DNA from: Tubulanus polymorphus
Taxonomy: Eukaryota > Animalia > Nemertea
Length of the DNA stretch: 64,000 nucleotides
Reading direction: 5' to 3'
Assembly: GCF_964204645.1 (NCBI RefSeq)
Contig: NC_134036.1
Coordinates: forward strand, 5,114,600 to 5,178,599
This document shows, one piece after another, positions 1 through 12,668 of this stretch. The notes beneath the pieces are model-generated. The model did not search any database. It saw only the letters and a program-made list of their open reading frames with translations, and was not told the DNA's origin. The first letter of the stretch is position 1. Each line of letters opens with the position of its first letter. The position numbers were made by a program, and so were the translations under genes.

Positions 1-1348
1 CGTTTGATGTCAGTTGTTAATAAATTCGCGTATTTGAAATCGTGTTTATCGTAAACGTGTTGCCGTGTATTTCTGGGTTGTCCGCATGCATCAGGAGATA
101 GTTACAACCACGCCGTAGAGTCGTTCGATTTGGAAATCCGCAAAAGCTCGTAAAAATTCATACGAAAGCGCTCCTTAACATTAGGAACCGGTTATCATCT
201 GTATCGGAATTACGTTCATTTTACGACAATATCAACATCAACGTTCGTTCGCTCGAAAGCCTATTTGAGTGTAAGGAAGCGTATTAAGCCGTCTAGAAGT
301 ATGAGAACCCAATATTTTTTTGAAAAAGTTTTTTTTCGAAATTAATTTCGCAAAATCTGAGGGCTTGAAATTTATTAAAGTCGCATGGAAAGAGTAAAGG
401 AAACAACCAGATTCGTACGTTGATTTGTTAGTGCCGATTCTCCTCGAAAAGTTGCCGTTATCTACCGTCCAAAATATATCGCGTGTTCGACAATGCGTCG
501 ATTGGACATTGGTTGATCTTCTAGCATGTCTAAAAAATGAAATTGATGCCTTAGAATTATGTAGCTGAGATTATTTCATTTTAGGAGCGAAACAAAGTTC
601 TTTTGTAGCTACTGGCACAATTACTGGTAAATCTAGGCATTATTCATTTTCCAATAGGAAATGTGTTTACTGCACAGGTCACTCTTCAAACAATTGTATG
701 AAATATAGTTCAATTCTGGCTAGAAAACGTATGATCAAAGATCAAGGATTGTGTTTTAATTGTTTGCGAAATGATCACGATATCAAAAATTGCATATCTG
801 ATTCCGGGTGCAAAAAGCGTGACTAACACCACACTAGTAATATGTGAAGGGTTTGAAGTAAAAAGATCGGGTCTTGTAAATTGGCCAGATTCAGGTTTAT
901 ATCACTTCATTCCAGAATTCTGACGATAGCTCAGTCTTATTGATCGAACGCGAACACGACACAAATAAAGTTAAGCGAACTGATTCAAAAAACATTTCTA
1001 GAAGTGTAGTCAACACACAGTTAATGCTTCAATTCGATTCTATCAAAGACCGCATTTCGGGTTGTATTTACTCGCATGATTCCGGAGTTCTTTTTGAGAC
1101 GACGGTTCACAGCGTAGACTATCTTTAAAGCAAATAATTTCTTGCTCGGATGCCACGCACCTGGCGCAACACTGCCGGCTGTCTTCGTACGTCGTCCAGC
1201 ATCAAATCTCGTATCTATTCAAGAAACAAACCTTGGATAACTATATATTAACTATATAGAGAAACTTCGTTAGAAATAACAGCAATTCATTATTACAACT
1301 TTATTATCACTTCATTATTATAGTATTCATTATTATACAATAGTACAA

Positions 1349-1353
1349 TTATA

Positions 1354-1405
<52 letters not shown>

Positions 1406-1420
1406 TTATTATTATTATTG
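1349..1420. repeat. (ATT)n microsatellite
   Basis: Run of attattatt visible directly. Confidence 0.95.
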
Positions 1421-1635
1421 TTAGCATTATTACTATTAATAGCATTATTTACATAAGTATCACTGCACATTCCCCTTCACTCTGCACAAGGTTCCAGCGC
1501 CTTAATTTTAAGTACAGCCTGTTGGCTGGCACTGGATACCTCGTAACCGTACTATGTTATTTGTTAAAAGTATTAACTGTTCTTGCGATTATATGTATCA
1601 TGGTTTACGAAAATAAATTATCATTATTATAGTTA

Positions 1636-1763
1636 CAGGGCATCTCCCCTTATGGTAGAACCCCCGCTCGGAGATGTCCGTTTCTCGAATTGTATTTATG
1701 TGTGTACATAGATTATCTATAATTAGAGAGAATAAAGCATTCATTCATTCATTCATTCATTCA
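1636..1763 (+). mobile_element. Probable 3' end of a CR1/L2-type LINE or SINE
   Basis: Stem-loop ggcatctcc...ggagatgtcc, then AATAAA, then a (CATT)n tail, the usual 3' architecture of L2/CR1-clade elements. No coding remnant seen. Confidence 0.45.
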
Positions 1764-1939
1764 AAAAAGAAGTTGAAAATATATAAAAATGATCGAATAC
1801 TGAATTATGAGATTATTGTGTCTGTACGATTGCTCCCGGCTGATGTAGACCTTAATTACGCGAAGCGATGCTTAGTAAATTGTTGCAAATTTTTGTAAAA
1901 ATTACAAGTAATCAACATAGAATTAGTAATCGACAGTTG

Positions 1940-1947
1940 TATATAAA
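1940..1947 (+). promoter_or_regulatory. Candidate TATA box of the cadherin gene
   Basis: TATATAAA about 60 bp upstream of the ATG at 2005. Confidence 0.4.
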
Positions 1948-2004
1948 GTGAATACAGTGTGCTGTTTGAGGCAGTGAGTACAGTATTTCACACAACAGCG
2001 AAAG

Positions 2005-3399
2005 ATGGAGCGTTCACGACGAAGTTCTACGGTCTCATATCTTGCCGTAATGGTTTTCACAGCCGGGGTCGCTACTTCAGCATCTGCGCCTCGAGATGAC
2101 GTTCGTTGCGGATCGACTGCGTACGTCACGTCCGTAAACGAGGATCGACTGGCAGGATTTATTGTCATACGATTGAGAGGCGGTTTTTCGTATAGAATCA
2201 ACTCCGACGCATCGGAACAAGTCAAACGAACATTTTCTGTGCAGTCCGATTCGGGTTATGTCGTATTGACGAAAGAGCTCGATTACGAAACAGAAAAACT
2301 GTACTTTATTCCAGTCGACGTGTCTAGCGCTATCGACGATAACTCAACGACTCGACTACAGCGATTCGACAACAAGAACGTAACGACGGTTTCGGTAATA
2401 GTGCGTGTAAACGACGTCAATGATAATGCGCCCGTTATTACTGTCAACGCTTTCGCGTCGAGTGGACTGATCGAAGTAGCGGAGGACGCACCTGCGGGCA
2501 CATTTTTAGCGCAGATACTGGTGACCGACGCTGACAGCGGGATGAACGGCCGATCCGATTGCAGTTTGGACGCGGTTTCCTACGAAGTGATCAGAATGAA
2601 TCGCGACGAGTACAGACTGTTCACCCGCACGCGTCTAGATAGAGAGAAGAGGTCGAGTAATCAAGTTGTATTTACTTGCACGGATCGAGGTATTTCGGGT
2701 AGGTTGTCGCGGAGAACCCTTTCAATCTACGTGTTGGACGTAAATGACAATAAACCGATGTTCTCCAGATCCCTATATTCAGGAAATATACACGAGAATC
2801 GATTGGATACAACTCCAGTTATAATAGCTGAAGCGGTCGACGCAGATTCAGGCGCGAACGGTCGCGTAAGCTACAGGATATCAGACGAATCGGGACTGTT
2901 TTCGATCGATGCTCAACACGGGTTTATATATATTCACAGTCGTCTGGATCGCGAAGTGAAGTCCACGTATGGGTTTCAAGTTATCGCCACTGATTCCGGG
3001 GAACCTCGACACACATCGACAGCTACCGTCAAGATCGACGTAGTCGATGAAAATGATAACGCGCCGGTTTTTTCGCACGATAACCTGCAATTCAGTATCA
3101 GATCGAATGCTTTGATTAACGCTACAGTCGGTCACGTGCGAGCTACGGATGCGGATGAAGGTCGAAATGCAGAAATAACTTATAGTTTGTTACCTACTGA
3201 TGATCGGAATGCACGTTTGTTCGCCGTTTCTCCTAAACTTGGCGCCATTACGATTCGATCTAGGCTCGACCTTGGAAAACCTCAAGGCGAATATAAGCTG
3301 CAGATAATAGCCAAAGACAACGGACGCCAGCCAATGACGTCCTCTGTCTCAGTCCGAATCCGCGTCATCCATCCTCCGCAAACTAGAGTCGAAACATAA
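2005..3399 (+). CDS. Protocadherin-like protein: signal peptide plus ~4 cadherin repeats, no TM segment in the ORF
   Basis: Hydrophobic N-terminus (YLAVMVFTAGVATSASA) and repeated Ca-binding motifs LDYE/LDRE, DVNDNAP, DVNDNKP, DENDNAP, DADSGxNG, DADEGRNA. Single 464-aa ORF. Confidence 0.9.
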   Translation: MERSRRSSTVSYLAVMVFTAGVATSASAPRDDVRCGSTAYVTSVNEDRLAGFIVIRLRGGFSYRINSDASEQVKRTFSVQSDSGYVVLTKELDYETEKLYFIPVDVSSAIDDNSTTRLQRFDNKNVTTVSVIVRVNDVNDNAPVITVNAFASSGLIEVAEDAPAGTFLAQILVTDADSGMNGRSDCSLDAVSYEVIRMNRDEYRLFTRTRLDREKRSSNQVVFTCTDRGISGRLSRRTLSIYVLDVNDNKPMFSRSLYSGNIHENRLDTTPVIIAEAVDADSGANGRVSYRISDESGLFSIDAQHGFIYIHSRLDREVKSTYGFQVIATDSGEPRHTSTATVKIDVVDENDNAPVFSHDNLQFSIRSNALINATVGHVRATDADEGRNAEITYSLLPTDDRNARLFAVSPKLGAITIRSRLDLGKPQGEYKLQIIAKDNGRQPMTSSVSVRIRVIHPPQTRVET

Positions 3400-3678
3400 A
3401 TCCGGGCAGTACCATAAAACCAACTGTCAGTAGTTCAGCTCAAACGAACTGAGCTGAATCTATTCTGAACTTACAACATTATCTATTGGATTCTATTGTG
3501 TTAATATGTTAATCAACCTCTATGATTTTATAATGTTCAATCAACCCTTCCGCCATTACTGGTTATGTTGTTGATATGATAACAGTTTTCATTCGGAATT
3601 AAATCACATATACACGCATAATCAAACAGTTATTTCTTAAAGTCTAATCGCGGAGGATTTCTAAGTACGGTCCTTCCT

Positions 3679-4093
3679 TACGGAAGCGATAGGGGCCTCG
3701 AGATGTCGCATTCCAACTCGACAAGTCGTCATATTTATGTCGACATACCGCGATATATCGCGTCAAGTCGACACGAATATGTCGACATTTCGTGACGTTT
3801 TCACGACGAATTTCGCTTTTTCGTCCATTTTCCACGGGACAAGCCGTCATTTGAAGACACTTCGAAATGTAAGATGAGGGCGCCAGTAATATGACGACTA
3901 AGTCTCAAGTCGTCATGAATATGTCGACTTGTCGCGAGGAAAGTGGTCGAGGTAACGAAATATGTCGTCAAAACGTCACGATATGTCGACATGTTCATGT
4001 CGACTTGACGCGACATATCGCGATATGTCGATATAAATATGACGACTTGTCGAGTTGGAAGGCGACATCTCGAGGCCCCTTATCGCTTCCGTA
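3679..4093. mobile_element. Foldback/MITE with long imperfect terminal inverted repeats
   Basis: tacggaagcgataggggcctcgagatgtcgc... at 3679 is the reverse complement of ...gcgacatctcgaggccccttatcgcttccgta ending 4093. Arms >100 bp, TA at both ends. Confidence 0.85.
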
Positions 4094-4560
4094 CGTACGC
4101 CCCGGATCGAAGATCTCGCTCGAAATCATAAATTCCGATTCGACGATGAACGCTAAAAATGTATATCGACTGATTTCTGAGAATAATAAGATACTAATAT
4201 ATATGTATATATATATATAGATATATATATACAATCAGCGATATCTGAAATTTTTAAACGAAATTCTCGTTTTGCTATAGAGACGAAAGTAATCGATAGT
4301 CCACGAATGCATTCCGGAAAAAAGTAATTGATTACTAATTGATGTAGACTAAGTGAAGTAATGAATGATGCATTGCAATTTTCTATATCTCGACGTAAGT
4401 TCGCATTTGACTCGGTTCAGTTCGGTGGCTCGACGTTCATTCGTGAGAGTATCGATATTGTTTTGAACAATCGCTAAAAACCGATATGCGACTAGTATTT
4501 ACGTATAGTTCAACCTCAGAGGTTTAAACCGATCGTTCGTATAGATTTGAACAGCGAACG

Positions 4561-5724
4561 ATGGCTAACTATCGGTCTGAGACTGAAATAACGGCTTCGG
4601 AAAATGTATCGGTCGGCGCTCAGTTTCTCGACCTCAACGGATCGGACCTGACAACCACCACCACTGAGAAGGCGGGATTCGTACCTGGTTCGCGGTGTAA
4701 ATACATCCATCACTCCGATTACAAACCGCCTCACGAAAATCTCTATATACAGATCACTATTTATGTAATCGTCAGCTTCGCTTTCTTCGGTTTCGGCGCT
4801 AATTTGCTGTCGTTTACGATTCTCAGCAAAGAACGTTCGAACAACACCAGTATATTCTATTTGAGATGTTTGGCTGTTGCGGACATGTTTATCTGTTTGT
4901 CTTATATCGTCTTCGACTTTCAGTATCAGCTCTATAGTCACACATTGTTACTGGACATGACTGCTGAAATAAACCACGCTATGAAGCGCATGTATTCGTA
5001 CACTCGAAACTTTCGACTTTTGTTTTCTGGTGTCAGTGATCTGATAACGTTGTTAATAGCTATAGACAGATATATCGTCGTTTGTTGGCCCCTGAAAGCT
5101 GCTGGAATTGTGAGTATGAAGAAAAGTTATACCTGCATAGTGTTCGTAGTGGCGATTACAATAGGCGATCAGTCTAGAAATTTCTTTAAATATTATCCTC
5201 GTCGCTCCCGTAATCCGTGCACCGGACACGAGAGATGGGCTCAAAAATTTACTCCATTCGCTAGAAATAAATATTTGAGATATTTTGAAGTTTTCGTCCA
5301 CGCTCCCGCATTCACTATTATCCCGACAGTGATCGTTGTTCTGATAACTATCCGATTGATTTTCACGTTGAGACGCGCAGGAGCAGCGAGAAAAACAATG
5401 TCTACTACGAATAATCAAACTTCTAACAGCAGCAGCAGTAGCAGCAGTGACCGTAGTTTAACTCTGGTGTTAGTTCTCATTTCATGTTTTTATTTACTGA
5501 AAAAAGCGTTTCTTCTCAACGCGGCAATAGGTAATTTACATACAACTATAAACGGGAAAATTGGAAAAGGCTTCATACCGAAATTTTTGAATCTCATTAT
5601 AAATATAGTTAGAATGATCGTGGCGTCTTCTAATTTCGTCATTTATTGCGCTTCGAGGCGTCGCTTTCGTGATCAACTGAAAGCGATGTTTTCGATGAAA
5701 AAAGCAGTGACGAATAAACTCTAA
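4561..5724 (+). CDS. Class A GPCR, FMRFamide-receptor/Srw-like, copy 1
   Basis: 7 hydrophobic segments. TM2 YLRCLAVADM, TM3 AIDRYIVVCWP, TM7 NFVIYC, helix 8 SRRRFR. Intronless ORF. Confidence 0.93.
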   Translation: MANYRSETEITASENVSVGAQFLDLNGSDLTTTTTEKAGFVPGSRCKYIHHSDYKPPHENLYIQITIYVIVSFAFFGFGANLLSFTILSKERSNNTSIFYLRCLAVADMFICLSYIVFDFQYQLYSHTLLLDMTAEINHAMKRMYSYTRNFRLLFSGVSDLITLLIAIDRYIVVCWPLKAAGIVSMKKSYTCIVFVVAITIGDQSRNFFKYYPRRSRNPCTGHERWAQKFTPFARNKYLRYFEVFVHAPAFTIIPTVIVVLITIRLIFTLRRAGAARKTMSTTNNQTSNSSSSSSSDRSLTLVLVLISCFYLLKKAFLLNAAIGNLHTTINGKIGKGFIPKFLNLIINIVRMIVASSNFVIYCASRRRFRDQLKAMFSMKKAVTNKL

Positions 5725-6875
5725 ACAATATCTTCGATCACGCCTTTCTTCGTGGAGCCATTGACATATAGTCTCCGAACTTACTGATGAACGCAACTAT
5801 TACCCTGTCATCCATTTCGATAAAATCTACGACTTTTAGGTCTATCGCGCTTTCGTCTACATCAGTAACTACTACGGTTATATCCATTAGGTTAAACTGA
5901 CTCTTTGAGAGAAACGTTTTCGTTTCGGTGTCAAAATGTGGACACTATGCAGTTACTGGTTGCGAGCTGAATTAGTTTTTGAATGATTTTGCTTGCGTCT
6001 AGTATGTGTTCGTCCGGTTCTTTCAAAACTTCGGCGTGCGGCAGTTTTTGCCGCGCAAATTGACCCAAAACTAAACTTGAGGGAATCATCCCTGTTTAGC
6101 ACGTTCGTTGGTGAATTATCCATGTTCGAATAGATTCCAGAAGTTGCGAGAATATTGTTTTTCAACGGAGCACGGGAAATGCGTGACTTTCAAAAAGACG
6201 CCGTTTTCGATATAATCTTTTCGATTCTCATCTTGCTGGTGCTTTTTTCCGGGTCGATGATGCACGCTTAAAATATATATCGACGTATTTATGAGATTAG
6301 AAGATACTAGTACAATTATGATCGCCGATATCTAAAACTTTTTAATCGAGATACTAGGTAAACTGGATCCGACAAGTTCAAACCAACATTTCATCACTTG
6401 AATCTGAATCTATTTTAATATGATCGTTAACTCCCTAACAGCCAAAAACCCATCGAAACACGATTCATTAAAGTAAGGCTTTCACGCTTTACTATATTTC
6501 TCAATGTAGCTATTTAAGATATCATTCCACACCTCGAAACGTGAGTGACGTTTTTACTATCAACTCCGATCAATGTTTAAAACGTCGCTCTGACGTTATA
6601 CGGTAAGATAATGGTCGGTTAGAAGTTCGCTTCACGAAAAAAATGCATGTCTAATACTGAAAGACAAGTTTGGGCGTCAACTGTAGAACTGCAGTGTTTC
6701 GACTTCTCATATATCAGCGTCAGCGCGCATTGAGACTCTGTACGGTCTAGTGGATTGTTATACATTTCGTTTATAACCGGGATCATACCGGGTCTCTGAA
6801 GATTTACCGATTTGAAAGCTAAACCGATTGTTTCTCCGTTAACGTCCAGTGACTGTGTAATGTGTGAAGGTTGAA

Positions 6876-7997
6876 ATGATGTCTCCAGAAAATGTATCGG
6901 TTGGCGCTCGGTTTCTCGACCGCAACGGATCAGACCTGACCACCGCAACTGAGAAGGCAGGGTTTAAACCTCATTCGCGGTGTAAATACATCCATCACGC
7001 CGATTACAAACCGTTTCACGTGAATCTGTATCTACAGATCACAACTTACGTCGTTTTCAGCATTGCTATCTTCGGTTTCGGCACAAATTTACTGTCTTTT
7101 ATCATTCTCAGTACAGAACGTTCAAACAACACCAGTATATTCTATTTGAGATGTTTGGCTGTTGCGGACATGTTTATTTGTTTGTCTTATGTCGTATTTG
7201 ACTTTCAGTATCGTCTCTACAGTCACACATTGTTACTGGACATGACTGCTGAAATAAACCACGTTATGAAGCGCATGTATTCATACACGCAGAACATTCT
7301 GCGTTTAGCTTCTTCGATCAGTGATTCGATAACATTGTTAATAGCTATAGACAGATATATCGCTGTTTGTTGGCCTCTGAAAGCTGTGAGAATTATTACT
7401 TCAAGGAGAAGTTATTTCTACGTTATTTTTGTTTCATTTTTTTCTGTTTGTGAATTCTCGAACAATTATTTCAAGTATAAAACTACGAATTATACCCGTA
7501 ATCCGTGCACCGGACACGAGAGATGGACTCAAAAACTGACTTCATTTGCTAAAAACATTTATCTTAAGTACTACGAGGTGTCTTTTCGAGCTCTGCTGTT
7601 TACGATAATCCCGACAGTGATCGTGGTTCTGATAACTATCCGATTGATTTTCACGTTGAGACGCGCAGGAGCAGCGAGAAAAACCATGTCCACAAATAAT
7701 CAAACTTCCAACAGTGGTAGTGGAAGTGACAGTAGTTTAACTCTGACGTTAGTTCTCATTTCAAGTCTCTTCCTAATGAAGAACGCGTTTAGTCTTGTAG
7801 CATCGATCCAAAATTTAATTCTAACTCTGAATGGAAAAATTGGAAAAGGCTCCCCGGCGGCAGTGTTGATCCAAATTCAAAATGTAGTGAGAATGATCGT
7901 CGCATCTTTTAATTTCGTCATTTATTGCGCATCGAGGCGTCGCTTTCGAAATCAACTGAAAGCGATGTTTTCGACAGAAAGAGGTAACAGCAAATAA
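6876..7997 (+). CDS. Class A GPCR copy 2
   Basis: Paralogue with the same motifs. First ATG at 6876 (the ORF track starts at an upstream GTG). Confidence 0.93.
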   Translation: MMSPENVSVGARFLDRNGSDLTTATEKAGFKPHSRCKYIHHADYKPFHVNLYLQITTYVVFSIAIFGFGTNLLSFIILSTERSNNTSIFYLRCLAVADMFICLSYVVFDFQYRLYSHTLLLDMTAEINHVMKRMYSYTQNILRLASSISDSITLLIAIDRYIAVCWPLKAVRIITSRRSYFYVIFVSFFSVCEFSNNYFKYKTTNYTRNPCTGHERWTQKLTSFAKNIYLKYYEVSFRALLFTIIPTVIVVLITIRLIFTLRRAGAARKTMSTNNQTSNSGSGSDSSLTLTLVLISSLFLMKNAFSLVASIQNLILTLNGKIGKGSPAAVLIQIQNVVRMIVASFNFVIYCASRRRFRNQLKAMFSTERGNSK

Positions 7998-9574
7998 ACT
8001 AAACGAAAAGTCAACCCTTGTTATATCGACGACGTAACCAATGTAACCAGGCTTCGTGCTTCTTTTTCCAGTTGAAAAAAAAATCGCGACTAACGCCCAC
8101 GCCTGAAGAGAGTAAACAAGATATGAAGAACGCAGATTAGATATATTTTTGAACGATTTAAGTATAAACAACAAACGAGTTGTAATTACGATATGTCTTC
8201 TACGATGCCGCCTCCTCGGCTGAGAGCATCAACTTCATGTAAACACCGTCGAGCCGCAAATGTCGTTAATCTGGTCACATATGTTGCTATATGCTCTTTC
8301 CCCGTGAAGGAAAGAACAAACAGCAGTTGTCTGTTCGGCCTATACGAGCATTCACCTCATGAGATGATTGCTCGTAGGTTCACTGTTCTGGGAATCCCGG
8401 CATATCGATATCAATAATCCCAACACGTCGTGGTCGATTTAACTTCTTTTGAATGCGAAGACTCGCTATGCGGGCGAGACCGCCACTCTTCGCGGGAAAG
8501 ACTGGAAAATTGATACTGACCATTAAAGACGCCGATGATTCTAACGCGCTGTTATATTTTACCGATTCAAGTAATCTCATAGTTTCATCCTCATATCGTG
8601 GGTTTTCCAATGTTAGCGAGTACAACTATAGAGAAACTAGTTTCAATGTCAAAACAAAACTTTCATTAAGCTAAATATTCGTTTATGGAATTGAGCTTTT
8701 GATACTGACCACTATAGACCCCGTTCGTTCTAACGCGCGTCATCTATCGCCGTTACATTTTTCAGATTTGGTATCGACTGCGTTTAGACTCCCGATTAAT
8801 TTCGATTCAATTTTGAAATTAGTGATTTAGTTTATTGTTTGTATCATCAATCAACAACTGACGAATATAGTTACAGCGTGGGGGGAATGTTGCATAAATC
8901 GGCATGTTTCTCTTGATATCACGAAGCTCGACCGTGCAGTCCGCCGTCACTTCACGCAGAGCCGCTGCATAGTCAAAATACTATGAAGCAGAAAACCCGT
9001 TATTACCGCTTTTAAGCTATTTCAGTTAAGATTAGCGCGCAAATCGGTTTCACTCGATCGGAGAGATTGTAATACTTCTGGAAGAATTCAAGTGAACGAG
9101 TAGCTAGCTGTTCGTAGTCGAAAGTGATAGGACATGTATTGCATCGATGTTTAAGAGGGGAAAATACAAGGCAGAAACTCTGTTCTAATATTAAACGGGT
9201 ATTTCTTAGGAGTTCAAAACGGGAAACTTGGATAAATGAATCGGAGTTTCGGAGTTCTTCTTTAAGTCAACTGTAGAACGCGGAATTGGCACTGACGATC
9301 GATGTTCTTCGCTGTGGTTGGAACCGGGCATTCAATCAATCACGACCTTGAACTTCTTCACCCTCGAAACATAAACGGTAAACGAGCCGATCATTGATTT
9401 ATTTACTCGCAGTTTTATTGAATCTAATCATAACACGAGATTTGACGACTGAGTTACAAATATAAATTCAATTCGAGATGTTTCAGAGTCAGTCAGTAAC
9501 CTGACTGCGGTTCCGTTTCATAATCGCATCTTTCCCAAAACCGCCACAAGTGTATCCGATTATGTCACCAACGA

Positions 9575-10061
9575 TTAGGAACAAAATGCTTTACAATTAC
9601 GGCTGCAACACTCAGCATTATTGTTACAAATATCAGTTACCATTCGGCAACCTATATTTCGGAAAAGTATGCGATAAAATGGCAGTTTGAAGTAAGACAA
9701 CATGTTTTTTTGTGTGTAAACTGCAGAAATAAATGATCCCTTGACCCCCGATGTCGGACAAAAAAATCTGTACGCGATTTTAAGTAAATACATAGATGTC
9801 CGAACAATTAAATGGTTTTTATGTCGAATCGTAATTAGTATGAATACTATCTTCGAAACGAGGTAAACATCTACTAAATGTCTACAGAGAAGTGCCACTA
9901 ATTTAGTTTTAGAAATGTGTTTTAGGGACAAGTTTTAGAAATCATAAGAAATTGTGTGTATAATCTTCCCAGTCTAGTCGTTACTCACCTTCTGCGAATG
10001 ACGCGGCACCGACCACAATCACGACAATAGAGCATACACGATGTATGATAAAAGCGAGCAT
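9575..10061 (-). CDS. Secreted cystine-knot (ICK-like) peptide 1; coding exons 10061-9989 and 9651-9575; MLAFIIHRVCSIVVIVVGAASFAE-GCRMVTDICNNNAECCSRNCKAFCS
   Basis: Signal exon ends GAA G|gtgagt and the mature exon starts tatag|GT TGC. The phase-1 junction restores Gly and an open frame. Cys spacing C-X6-C-X5-CC-X3-C-X3-C. AATAAA on the minus strand near 9415. Two paralogues share the structure. Confidence 0.9.
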
Positions 10062-11122
10062 TTTCAACGCCTGAAATTCGATTTCGAAATATCAGCATAT
10101 TAGCATTTTCGGATATATCACATACTCAATAGTAGTATTCAAAACAGTTTTCAAAAGTCTTTCAGATAAAGAAAAAGAAAACTGGTCATAGATATTGTTC
10201 TAAGCAGCGAGCGATAACGGGTTTTCTGCATGTTGGTGGTTTGAATGTCGTGAAGCGTGCGGAGTTTCATTAATTAGTCTCATCAGTTCGCCAGTGTGAT
10301 TACAAAGTTAATAATCGAACCAGTGCAAATGTTTTCGTAACGTTGGATCAGTCGTTTAGTCGATTCAATGATATACGTTGTACATTTTTGTAATTTCGTG
10401 ACTTTCTGTGGCTGAGTGTTTCTCTGGCCCCGAGTTCGGGGGGAGGGGCACCAGACTCAACGAACGCAAGTTTCTGTCACTCGTGTCCATGTGCGATGGC
10501 TTTATATGTAAATATAGATAAATCAGTGTGTTTATGTGTTGTGCACGAGAACCGTTTGATCAAATCAGTTCTTCGCCCCCCCCCCCCTTTCGACAGCCTT
10601 CTTGAACACAAGAATTAGCGGATGTAAACTAGTTACTCGCCTCAGTAAAGAAAACCAAATAGAAATTTCGCTATGGAATTTAAGCAGTTTAGATTAAAAT
10701 CTCGATCGGTAAAAATCAAGAAATACTTCGAGTATTCTACTGTACGCCATACGATGCGATCACTGACACGTCAGTGCACACATTTCAGCATAAACACGCT
10801 TTTCAGCTAGTAGACTTGCTGCTGCTTGAGTTAAAGTACTATATTCGTTTTTATCGTATCGTTCTTCGAAAACCAAAGGGAAATTATTGAAGCCCCCAAA
10901 AAAACTACATTACATTCCAAACACAAGGCGAAGTTGACTGACCCACTAGTTTAGAGGAGCGTTCACAGGAATCTCACTTATATTATGAACATTATGAAAA
11001 AAAATCTACTATACTTCTCTCGTCAATCTATATATTTTATACCGCGTGTTGAATTACATATTCATCGACGAACGTCGTTCGATTACGAATGATAAAGGGT
11101 TGTATATGTTATCGCCGGGCTT

Positions 11123-11370
11123 ACCTCAGTGACTTTCTCCGACGTTTTCAACTTTCGAAATAATGACGATATCGCCTCTTTTGCGAGTCAGAACTTCATT
11201 CGACGAGTGAATGAAGCGCGTTGCGCGCGCGATAATGATATACGAAATTTCTATTGAAATTATGCCGATGATTGCACAGCTTGGAATTGAATTGATATCG
11301 TCGTTTCGATATATCGAATCGATACGCACCCGGCTATTCAACGTCGATGCACGCGCATCATTATGTGTTC
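11123..11370 (-). promoter_or_regulatory. Putative non-coding first exon and promoter of knottin gene 1
   Basis: Donor gag|gtaagc at 11124. The segment is clearly homologous to 16511-16740 upstream of knottin 2. Matching acceptor tttcag at ~10071 just before the ATG. Confidence 0.6.
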
Positions 11371-12269
11371 GCACCGAGCCATAAGAGGTATGACGTGTCC
11401 GGTCTCATGGGATATCATTACATTCGATGATTTAACGTTATTCGATATTGCTCGATATCAATTTTCATACGTTATTTCATGCGTCATTCTTACTAGTAAC
11501 CCATACCGGTTTTACATCTGAGATCAAAAGTGACCACGTTCCCCAGCGCGTATTTCTGTCGACTACTGGACGAACTGGACGTATCGGCCCGACTCCGCGT
11601 GGTTGCGCCACAGCGCAGAATTTACGCGAAGCAGCAGAACACAAACAATGCCACTCTCTCAATTTTCAATGATAGAAATCGTGTGTGCATTTCAATTATT
11701 TCGGCTGTCAGGGCTTAAGGCAAAATATCAGTTGATGATGTGATATGGCGATGTTAATTAATGATAATTCCGCAGTGAAGCTAGTAACGAACGGTGCCGA
11801 TTGAGTCTACAGCTGCCAAAACACTGAAATGTGCGTAGTTGCGTAACTATTTGCAGTGAATTGCAGACGAAACATGAAGCCTTAACGGCCGTTTAAAAGA
11901 AAATTATACCAATCGCAATTGTAAAATAAAAATGAGATAGAACCTAAGTTAAAATTCTGGCCATTTCTAAAATTTTATTACTAATATTTAGTCAGTGCCG
12001 AACGTTTAGTTTTCCAACAATAATGAGGGGTGGTAGGTAGTCATGCAATTCAAGTCATCATTTATTACACGTTACTTCCGTGTTGTTGAAAATCTCGCGA
12101 GTCCTGGACCAAACCCCAATGAACAATGTGATCTGTGTGCTGGCCACAAATGCACACAGATCACACTACACTACCCATTACACACTCCAGTACCCACAGC
12201 TTTCATATATCCATCCAAATATTTAGAGTGTCTTTCTTCCTGGGTGAAAACGTTAAAATGTATAGAATA

Positions 12270-12510
12270 TTAATCGTATATTTACTATTCAGCTCACTGG
12301 GCAATAGATATCATTCAACATCTCGCTAATATACGAATGCGACTTTTTCGTTTCGATTCAGATCTTGTTCGAAAGTTTTAGAAAGGGGCGGGTTGAAACC
12401 ACCTCAAAATTACAGGTTTGTTCATACGGAAAGCTGTTTCTCTGTTGGGCCTCGAGCAACTGCGGTATTTCGCTATATTGTCTCTCAGCGTCAGCGTGTA
12501 TCTGACTTTC
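12270..12510 (+). promoter_or_regulatory. Conserved ~250-bp non-coding module upstream of GPCR genes (representative copy)
   Basis: Motifs ttcgattcagatcttg, aaattRcag|gttt, ctgttgggcgtcaac and cagcgtcagcgcg recur at ~6490-6740, 21195-21420, 22860-23020, 50040-50225, 52280-52500, 58940-59175, 60575-60815 and 62040-62140. Confidence 0.65.
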
Positions 12511-12668
12511 GGTGCTGTTCGACGACTTGAAATTTGTCCGTACGACGAACTTAACTCCTAATATATGGAGATAATCACCGATAACTGCGATTGCACCGAG
12601 TTTTAGAAGGTTTATATAATTGAAAGTTTGAACCGATTATTTCTTTATCAGCGTCAAATGAATGTGCT

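Noticed and set aside
3644-4234. Four overlapping ORFs with similar translations on both strands
   Set aside because: Three are artefacts of the palindromic MITE, and the fourth also runs through a TA repeat.
9575-9931. 118-aa single-exon ORF ending in the Cys-rich segment
   Set aside because: Only the last 25 codons are conserved in paralogues. The rest is intron read-through, and the spliced model explains it better.
11448-11718. Short ORFs with TGRTGRIGPT and CHSLNF, faintly like ALK Gly-rich or PAN motifs
   Set aside because: Matches are too short, there are no convincing splice sites, and stops follow immediately.
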